Source: Saccostrea echinata
Taxonomy: Eukaryota
Assembly: GCF_033153115.1 (NCBI RefSeq)
Contig: NW_026889750.1
Coordinates: 36,270,001 to 36,334,000 of the forward strand
DNA: 64,000 nucleotides
Reading direction: 5' to 3'
Both the position numbers and the translations under genes were made by a program. Positions within the stretch are counted from its first letter, which is position 1. Every line of letters starts with the position of its first letter. The notes below the pieces were generated by a model. It searched no databases and was not told the DNA's origin. It saw only the letters and a program-made list of their open reading frames with translations. Below are positions 55,251 to 64,000 of this stretch, in pieces.

Positions 55251-55589
55251 TGGTTGTTTCTATGTTGTTTAACGTCCCATTCGAGGATCTTTCACTCATA
55301 TAGAGACGTTACCTGTTTGCCGGTGAAGAGCTTCATATTTAGACTTATACTCGGCACTGTACACGGGCCATTGAACAGTGAGGGAGCTTTATCATGCCAA
55401 TGCCCACCGTGAAACGGGACCTCGGGTTTTAAGGTCTCATCCGAACGACCCGTGACTTTCATTTCTAGTGCCGAGCGCTTGGCGAAGGAACTATCTATGT
55501 TTACGTCTTAGGTTTGACGCGAACGAGAATCGAACTCGGGTCTCCCAATCACGAAGCGAGCGCCCTACCACTAGGCTACCGTGAACGGT
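55251..55589 (-). mobile_element. tRNA-derived SINE (same family as 45121-45400)
   Basis: Minus strand: GGTAGCCTAGTGG A box, GAGTTCGATTC B box, cggatgagaccttaaaacccgaggtcccg core, gggacgttaaacaaca tail. Confidence 0.85.
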
Positions 55590-56010
55590 GCAAATTCTAT
55601 GGAAGAAGCAGACAGACCTTGGGCGACAACCGGTATTCTCAAGTATCGTACAGGCAAACCTCCATCCCGATATCTTGTTATTGTCATATAAAAGCAAGAA
55701 GATCATGATGGTGAAACTTACTGTTAACTCGGAAGAAAGATGTGAGGATGCCTACGAGAGAAAGAAAACAAATACATGTACTGGGATCTGACAGATGAAA
55801 TACACAGAAAAGGATGGAGCGCATGGGTATTTCTCTATGGGGATTGGCTGTAGAGGATTCCCAGCACAACCAATCTAGAGAGCCATTACAGTCCTGGGAA
55901 TCACAGGAAGGGACAAAAGATGAGGAATACAAAGACCAACAAACACAGCATAGAAGCCATCATACTGGCTGTGGAGAAAAAGAGCAGACTAGAACTGGAA
56001 ACCATTCATA
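55590..56010 (+). mobile_element. Decayed C-terminal restriction-like endonuclease of a non-LTR retrotransposon (HERO/NeSL/R2-group)
   Basis: ORF 55588-55791 DLGRQPVFSSIVQANLHPDILLLS..K..MVKLTVNSEERCEDAYERKK, then frameshifted GW..GIGCRGFPAQ..LGITG. This matches the LRPD...ELTVPWE....A.ERK..KY...VGCRGF RLE signature. Confidence 0.7.
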
Positions 56011-56119
56011 GATGGACAGTAATTTAGCCAATCACAGGTTATAGATCGAAGCAACCGATGACGAGTGGAGCTGAGGTTTTTTCTGTCTTTCTCTCTGAAA
56101 GCTCAATTTGAAATAGGTA

Positions 56120-56310
56120 GCACCTGTTCCTTCGCCAAGCACTCGCACTTTGAAGTGAAATTGCAGGTCTTTCGGATGAGGTCTAAAAAAACCAAGGCAA
56201 CGTGTCATGGCAATCTAAAGAACCCTCACTCCTCAAATGCTACATGTGCCAAGTAAAAGCCTAAACATAATCCCTTTAACAGTATTTGGTGACGTCTTAT
56301 ACGAGTGAAA
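56120..56310 (+). mobile_element. 5'-truncated SINE fragment
   Basis: tgttccttcgccaagcactcgcac..ggtctttcggatgag..aagaaccctcactcctcaa matches the SINE core. Confidence 0.6.
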
Positions 56311-56313
56311 TAA

Positions 56314-56316
<3 letters not shown>

Positions 56317-56400
<84 letters not shown>
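56317..56400. repeat. (TA)n microsatellite
   Basis: About 42 TA units. Confidence 0.97.
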
Positions 56401-56403
<3 letters not shown>

Positions 56404-56771
56404 AGAATAAGTTCAGGTTTGGAGCAAAACCAAAACTAAAGGCTGTTGAAATTTAAAAAAAAAACTTTTTAAAACAAGGAATTACATGTAACACTTAAGG
56501 GACAGGACAGCTTGAGGAGGGGGGGGGGGGTTAGTACCCTCATTTCTTGGTAGTTGTACCAGATATAATCGCAATGTTTCAAATTCACAAAATAAATGCT
56601 ACAAAATAAACATACATTTTTCCCAGTACAATTATATTCTAATTAGTTTTGTAGTAGTTTTAAAGTAAAATATAATTGGTTTACCTGATTTTTTTTCTAA
56701 ATATACTCAAGTATTTTTCTGGAAGAAAAATAATTAGTATTACGTATGATTGCGTATATCTATTATTTTAT

Positions 56772-57276
56772 TGGACTTTTGCGAGAAGCACTGACTTTTA
56801 CACTCGACGGCTTACTTTGACATTTAAACATGTGTCATGTACGGAGGTACGGACTTGATATTAGATCAGAAAACCTTAGTAGTAGTCATAGGTATGGTGT
56901 TAGGGGCACTTACATGATTTACTTGTATGCAATCAACACAAGAGATGATGGGAGGAAGAATAACATAACTTAAAATACCTTATTCGTGAGGGATAGTATT
57001 TCCTTTCAATCTCATTTTATGAAAGAATCAAATAAGGAAAAAATACAATCGAAATGAAAACTTGGCAGTAGTTGGTCAAATGGGGAAGGAGGGGGGTTAG
57101 TATAGGGTGTTTCTCTTTCCCCTCCCTAGAAAAACGTAGTATGTTCTTTGAAATGAATTATTATCGTTTAATTATTTGATAAGCTAAATATTTATATCGA
57201 AAAGAGTTGCTGTATATTGTCCCAGTGTAAAAGTAAGCCGTCGAATGTAAAAGTCAGCGCTTCTCGCAGAAGTCCA
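56772..57276. mobile_element. MITE with TIRs of about 50 bp
   Basis: tggacttttgcgagaagcactgacttttacactcgacggcttactttgaca pairs with tgtaaaagtaagccgtcgaatgtaaaagtcagcgcttctcgcagaagtcca. Confidence 0.8.
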
Positions 57277-58744
57277 TTATGAAATTAAAGTGTGGATAGA
57301 GATATGATAATTACATGCAGTTTCGAAATTGGAATTATTGAAATCTCATGTAGTTAAATTGAATGGTTATAGAAAATATATCGATAGAAACTATCCCGGA
57401 CAATGTAGACGTGTAATTTCTTTTAGTTCCCATTCTCGCCTTTGCATGTTACTTCTTATTTTGAAACTATGAGTGGATAAGGCACAATGTTTTATGCGAA
57501 ATATAAGCGTTCAATAATGGAAAAGGAATACCTGGTATATTTTGTTTTGAAAATTTGCTTTTCAATGAAAATTTTCCAAATTATATCCTAATTATAACGA
57601 AGCATTGTTTTTATTGTTTACTTTAAAGATAATATTTATCAGAGAATGATATGATGTGCAAATATATTTGGCACGACACAAATTTGCCTCTCTTTGAGAA
57701 ATGTTTCTTTATAGTTTACAGGATTTATCCATTGTCATTTGCTATCTTTACATTTGGCAGATTGTTATCGATAACATTAATATTAATATATTCAGATGTG
57801 TTTGACAATGTGCTTTAAATTCGAATACTTTATAGAAATAACATGTGCAAATTCCCAGAGTAATTACTAATACTTAGAGAACCTTTTTAAAATTTTAATA
57901 GAGGAATACTTTGAAGACTGAAAGCACAGTTGATTAGAGGACATTTTAAATCCGGAATGACATTTAAAAAATACAGAAAAATTCATATTTATCTTTTGTT
58001 TTATTTCATAAGGATCAAAGAAGACACGTGTAAATATTTCTCTTACGGTTATAATGAAGCACTGAATTCATATTTTTCGAGATGCATTGTTTCATAACAT
58101 GCTAAGACACATTATTCAATTTTTCAGGACAGTCGTCCAAGTTATGAAGCAAAGCATGTTAAAAATTTTAATTTAATGCTTATATTTATATTATCTGATC
58201 ACATTTTAATGGATAAAATTTACCTTTATTTTTTTTAATTACATTAAACAGCCAATCTGTTTTGTATGCAAATAGTATAGAATCGTGAGGAATGGTGTTT
58301 TAAATCTCCCACTCATATGACATTGTTTTTTAACAAATGTTTCTCGACGAATTAGATTCAACTTATTTATATGAAAGTATGATATAATAAAATATGACCT
58401 CAAGGCACTGCGAACTTGAGCTTGTACAGGAACATATAGTACAATTTTTAATTTAAAATAGAGGAAAAATTTAATTTTTTTTTATTTCACATTTACCATA
58501 GTGATAAGAAAGAAAAAACAAATTTGGATGAAAGCTTAAAAACTGAAAAATTCCATCAATTGGGATTTATTAAAGATAACTCCAACATGGTTAATATTTT
58601 GTTCACTGATTGCTTTATAATGATTCTTTTTTTTTTACATTAATAACAAATACTTCCTATGTAGCTGAATAGTAAACTTCAAAACCAAATGAAATCGAGA
58701 ATAAAATATTGATGCAAAAGTTTATTTAAAATAGTTAGTGATGA

Positions 58745-61179
58745 TTAATATTGGCACCTGCAAGGTTTTCCCTGAAAAATAAAGAGAAAATGCAGTTACT
58801 CTTTGTAAACAATTTCAGTTTGATATTTAAAAGGTTTTTACATTTAAATTTCAATAAGCGGAAAAAGAATTCTCTTCCTGTTGATTTTGAGATGTTAGAT
58901 AATTGTTTGTGTTTCAAATAAAAAAAAAGCATTAAGATGCATTTTACCAATTTCATTTCACAGACGTAGTAGTTTCTCTGAGCACAGCTATCGACATGCC
59001 AGTGATATTTGTAACTGGACCAGAAAGCTCCGCAATTCCAGTCTCCCTTTTTATGGTACACGGGCTCGTTACCGTACCAATCAAACTTGTGGCATCGCCT
59101 CTTTGTGAATCCCCAGCTCCATCTGTGAGCATTAGGGTAAAGGCAGTCGTTCAGGGCCATCCAAGCTCCAGGGGTGACTACCATTGGAATGATATACAAT
59201 TTAAGTAAAACAAAAAGAATTCCAATGCTTGGTAAATATAACATTTCAATTGCTTCTTCACACTCTAAAAAGATAGATATATGCATTCTCTTTCAAATAA
59301 AAAAAAGATACAATAAAAGGAAAATTTGCTAATTACATTTTTTTGTTTCGCTTATCATTTGTGAAAGGTTATCTTACTTTTAAAATTGTGAGTAATTTGT
59401 TATCTTACCTCCATACATAGCAAGGTGGTGCCTGATATATGTGTTTTCGTGAGCCTCGTCAACATTGCATAAAAATCCTCCCATAGAAGCACATTTCATC
59501 TGAAAGAATACATGGCTCCGATATTTACAAATCAAATACTTTCTCTAATTGCAATGCAAAAAAAGAATACAGTGAACTGTTATGATATAAAATTACACTA
59601 CGGTAATTTTCAAAACAATAAAATCTCGACATGTAATTTCGAAACCTGTGCTACTACTGATATAATTATATGACAAATTCATCTCTTTATTCATAACAAA
59701 TTGCTGATCCAATTACTGCAGGTAAACATCAAATATAGTATATCCTCTGATAAAACATAAACTAAAACAAGTTTTCTACCACTTGACCAATAATTTAGCT
59801 AAAATAACATAATTATTTACCGACGCTTGCCACCATGACAGTCTATCTCTGCTGAAATAATAACAGCTCCCATGATACAAACTCCAGCCGTATGGACAGG
59901 TCCCTTTAGCGATCTTGGCGGCAACATATCCAAAACTGCTGTACTTAGGAGCATAGTCATAGCTGCCTTCAACTGTAATTGAAAAAAAAAATAAAATTAT
60001 ACCTTTATATATTCAAATGCTACTGAATACTAGTATAGTACCGGAAACTATCTCCGAGTACGAAAATAAGCATCAGTATTAAAGTAGATGTTTTGGAGGA
60101 AAAAATTCTTCCTCTTTCCCTAATTATGACTCAAACGACAGACGACCAATATTATATAAATGCTATGCCATGATTAAAAATATCAGGAACTGAATATTCT
60201 TAGTAATGTTAAAGATTTGTATCTTTATTACAAAGATCCTCGCCTACTGACTTAGGCTATTGAGATATAAGTAGACTCAAGGGTACAAATACTTTAAGCT
60301 TTAATTGATGGAAAACTGCAAAATAATGTTTAAATCTCGTACTTATAAGAAATCAAGAAACGATATATCGTAATTTGAATCAAGGTTATATTCTTTCAAA
60401 AGTCAAAGTCAGTGGGCGATGAGATAATGAAGGTATAAAGTAATTCATTCTCAAATTTTGGGGTTTATATGATTTTGATAACGATGATGATGATTGAATA
60501 ATTAATTGTATGTTGTTTAACGTCCCATTCGAGAATTTTTCACTCATATAGAGACGTCACCATATACCGGTGAAGGGCTTCAAATTTTGACCTTTACTCG
60601 GCACTTAGGGCCATTGAGCAGTGAGAGATCTTTAGCGTGCCAACGCCTGCCGTGACATGGGGCCTCGGTTTTTAAGGTCTCATCCGAAGGACCCGCAACA
60701 CTTTCACTTCAAAGCGGCGAGCGCATGGCGAGGGAACAGTTGCTACCCATTTTTTATCGACTTAGGTCAGTCGCGGCCGAACTCACGACCTCCCGATCAA
60801 GACGATGATAATGAAAGTATAATGCAATAATTCTTTATTCAATCTTTTTACTTTAATAATTCTGTTACTAATGATTAAAATGCTAATGAAAATATTCCGT
60901 CTCTTATATGCAGGAAACTATTGAATTTATCATATTTTAGATTTATTTTAGGACTGGTAGAATACGGCATTGAATAACAAAGTTAATTGGTAACATAACA
61001 ATCACTTGTTCTTATTACTTGTTTTTAATATGGAAATCTAAATTCTAAATTCAGTCTAAAGTCTAAATTTGAATTATGAAGAGTTCGAATCAGAGATAGA
61101 CAGGTCCTTATCCTGTATTTTCTTTTTTCTTACCTGATGCTACAGCCACCAACACTGATATAGCAAGGAAGCAGTTCAT
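58745..61179 (-). CDS. Secreted C-type lectin-domain protein, subfamily B copy 3, 181 aa
   Basis: Exons (minus): 61179-61134 (MNCFLAISVLVAVAS), 59972-59821, 59499-59409, 59177-58948, 58771-58745 (GKPCRCQY*). Exon sizes are identical to B1/B2. Intron 1 is enlarged and contains a SINE. Confidence 0.91.
60495..60801 (-). mobile_element. tRNA-derived SINE in lectin B3 intron 1
   Basis: Same core and tail as the other SINEs (tgttgtttaacgtcccattcgagaa...aaggtctcatccgaagg). Flanked by near-identical acgatgat(g/a)atga at 60481 and 60802 (possible TSD). Confidence 0.85.
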
Positions 61180-61507
61180 GATTGATTCCTACGGTATATA
61201 TTAAATGAATGCAAAGTCATCCCTTATATAAAGTCTTATTTGGATTTGTACGTGAATATACGAGAAGATATTCACGCCCTTTTCATTTCAAAAAGAAAAA
61301 CATGTATGCTTTCGCAAACAACATATTTGCTGATAAAGATGTATGCAAAGCCCTAATAATAATCGAAATGGGAGGTAACAGGGCGGGAATTAAGCTCTTG
61401 TTAAGTTGAAAATTTATTGTAGTACATGACATTTCTTACAAGGGGTGAGAAGTATATATACATCATCAAAGTTCGAAATACCTGTGAGTTACCACGATAA
61501 ATTTAAA
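61180..61507. promoter_or_regulatory. Bidirectional promoter of the B3/A3 lectin pair (328 bp)
   Basis: Divergent ATGs at 61179 and 61508. TTATATAA at about 61224-61231, TATATATA at 61453-61460, CAGGGCGGGAA at 61379-61389 and ATATTCACGCC at 61268. The last two motifs are shared with the B2/A2 spacer. Confidence 0.72.
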
Positions 61508-63388
61508 ATGAACTCAATCGTTCTACTATGTCTTCTGGTCTCATCTATCCTTGCTGGTGGGTAAAGTGTGAGAACGTATTCAAAATCTTTTTTTTCTGTT
61601 AATAATTTCAATCGTTTAAATGTTTATTCTTATTTAGCTCTAGGAACAAGTCTCAAAAGTGTATTAGGGTCAGGAATTGCAGGGGAAATGTTTAAAACAT
61701 TTTACTTATAATACCAATAAAAACAGTTGATTTAAATGAAATAATAAATACACTCTTTTGCAGTCTCACAAGCCAGCTATAACATAAAGCCAAGGTACAG
61801 TGCCTTTAAGTACGCTGCTGCCAGAGTTGTTTCTGGTGGTTGTCCTTACGGATGGCATCAGTACAACAAACGTTGTTACTGGTTCAGCAGGGACCGGTTG
61901 ACTTGGTATAGAGCTTCTGTAAGTGTACTTTCACGTGCTTTAAAATACATCGTCACTGATTAATGCTTGCAAAAGAGTGTCCCTGCTCAAGCTAAAGTAT
62001 ACCAACATTAGGATAAAATGCTTAAAAATAAACACATTTTAGATGAGATGTGCTGCCATGGGAGGATACCTCGTCTCAATTGACCAGTCCCACGAAAACA
62101 CATATGTCAGACACATGTTGAGCGTCTATGGATGTAAGTTTTCCTTTATTTTTTGTTTGATATAACCCAGTGAAATCGAAATAAAAGAAACCACAGAGTC
62201 TGCCACATCTGTTTCATGTTTGTATGTTTAACTGACAAAAGACGATAAGGAACAACTAACAACTTTTTGCATTACAAGCGAGATGACTTCACATTTTCCT
62301 CCGTCAACTTTCCTTATCCTGTGGTAATATCCCGCTATCACCTGCATATGGTGTTTACATCTCCCAACTTATTCGATACACAAGGGCATGCTCTGAGTAC
62401 GATCAATTTTTAAACCGAGGCAGGCTACTTACAGATAAGTTGATGTTACAGGGATTTCAGCAACCTTGTTCAAAGTCAGCATTTCTTAAATTCCATTTTC
62501 TTTATAATGGCCTTGTTAGCAAATATAACCTAACAGTGGGAGGTATTTTGTATTATGTGTTTCATACCAATTGTTAGGCCTCTGTTTTTATACTGAATTT
62601 GACTACGGATTGTTCCGTCGACCTCATCAATACATAGGGCTTATGGTGGCTATGACCGGTCGACAGGGGATTCTTACTCCTTCTTGGCACCCTGATCCCA
62701 ATTCTGGAATTCTGGAAATCTGGGGTCCGTGTTTTATGGCCTGTTCACAGATTTGTATTGTTTTTAGATTTTTTTGAGATCGATCACTGTTCGTTATCTT
62801 CATTTCCTTTGATATACAATAGCAATTCCAACTTTAAAATGTGCTAAAAAGCAGCTTAAATCTAAGTTTTAAAATCGAGAAAAAATTATTTCTGAGATCT
62901 TCTTTAGACAGAAGAGGAGCATGGCTGGCTTTAAATGATATTCTGCGACCAAACAAACATAGATGGTGCTGGGGATTCATTGCAAAACCATGTCACAAAT
63001 TTGACTGGTACGGCCAGGAACCAGTTTACCATACTACTGGTGACTATAATTGTGGTGCATTTTGGAGATCATACAAATACCACTGGCATGTTGATAGCTG
63101 TCAACAGAAAAACTATTACGTATGCGAGAAATCTTTGGTAAGTAATTTAATGGAGTTTAAGACAGTTGATTAAAAGCAAAAGTATATTTAGCTTAATCAG
63201 GATATATTGTGTTGTTCAAATAAAACTAATATTGATACACCTTTAAAACATTTGTTTACTACTATAATTATGTAAATTAACATGATTTTCTAATATATAA
63301 ATGCCTAATATACACGTTATTTACTGATAAATTAAAGAAGATTTTCATCTACTTTTTGCAGGGAAAACCATGTCGTTGTGCATACTAA
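61508..63388 (+). CDS. Secreted C-type lectin-domain protein, subfamily A copy 3, 183 aa
   Basis: Exons: 61508-61556 (MNSIVLLCLLVSSILA), 61764-61918, 62043-62133, 62908-63137, 63362-63388 (GKPCRCAY*). Exon sizes are identical to A1/A2. Intron 3 is enlarged by a Penelope-like fragment. Confidence 0.91.
62160..62805 (+). mobile_element. Penelope-like retroelement 3' fragment in lectin A3 intron 3
   Basis: YPSEIEIKETTESATSVS..KRDDF..VNFPY..NIPLSPAYGVYISQLIRYTRACSEYDQFLNRGRLLTDKLMLQGFQQ, followed by the family 3' end. Confidence 0.85.
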
Positions 63389-63665
63389 ATATTTAATAAA
63401 TAAATTTTGAAGCAAAATGCAAATTATTGTTTTGTCTTTAAATGATTAGTTGGTCATTTGTACAAAACGTATATAAAACTCCCTCTTGTATTTGAGACAT
63501 TTAAAACTGATTTAATTACGCACTTGAAACATTTCTTTTGATAACCTAATTATACATTATACATTATAATTTTGCAAATTAACAGGATATTTTATAATAT
63601 CTGTGTTTAACACACATGTTATTTTCTGATAACCCAAAACAAGATTTTAATCCACTTTTTTTCAG

Positions 63666-63692
63666 GGAAAATCTTGCCATTGTGCCTACTGA
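63666..63692 (+). CDS. Duplicated alternative terminal micro-exon of lectin A3 (GKSCHCAY*)
   Basis: ttttttcag|GGA AAA TCT TGC CAT TGT GCC TAC TGA, followed by ATTAAA at 63701. The 3' UTR (aattttgaagcaaaatgcaaa...tttgtacaaaacgtata) duplicates the one after exon 63362-63388. Confidence 0.6.
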   Translation, partial: GKSCHCAY

Positions 63693-64000
63693 ATACCGGT
63701 ATTAAAAAAAAATTTTGAAGCAAAATGCAAACTTTAATTTTGCCGTTTTCATGATAAGATGACTATTTGTACAAAACGTATAAAAAAAATTAAGACTGAT
63801 TTAAATACGTACTCGAAACATTTCTAATTCAGGTATTACATGTATATTTTATTCATTTTGATTGGTTTGGAAATACTATGTTTCGTGTGGTTTATTTTTT
63901 GGGTTCTTCTTGTACATGAATTTATATTGAATTTATAAAATCAATAAATATTGATATATTTGCGAATTCTTTCAAATTAAGACATTCGTCCACGGAATAA

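Noticed and set aside
58735-59286. 183-aa single ORF containing lectin sequence
   Set aside because: Exon 4 of B3 plus intronic read-through. Splice sites and paralogue comparison define 59177-58948 and 58771-58745.

Overview
AT-rich, intron-containing eukaryotic DNA, most likely from a bivalve mollusc. The repeat families and gene types look oyster-like (inference, not a database result). There are two N-gaps (16819-16970, 51138-51272). Gene content reconstructed by hand from GT-AG splice sites: (1) a secreted tyrosinase-like type-3 copper protein on the minus strand (CDS 10780-14283, 4 coding exons, 690 aa, all six Cu-binding His present); (2) about 27 kb of transposon-rich intergenic DNA (MITEs, Penelope-like relics, Helentron-type satellite elements, SINEs); (3) six intact 5-exon secreted C-type-lectin-domain (perlucin-like) genes at 42559-63692. 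The six genes form two subfamilies (A and B) and always occur as one A plus one B, head-to-head, sharing a 328-382 bp bidirectional promoter: <-A1 B1->, <-B2 A2->, <-B3 A3->. Both chains are Tyr/Trp/His-rich, have non-canonical sugar/Ca motifs (EPI/EPV, WHVD), carry extra (mostly odd-numbered) cysteines, and end in a micro-exon-encoded GKPCxCxY tail. The best candidate for an undescribed system is a co-transcribed A/B hetero-oligomeric lectin-fold module, homogenised by gene conversion and possibly a substrate of the neighbouring tyrosinase in a sclerotised or adhesive matrix. Most short ORFs in the supplied track are spurious.
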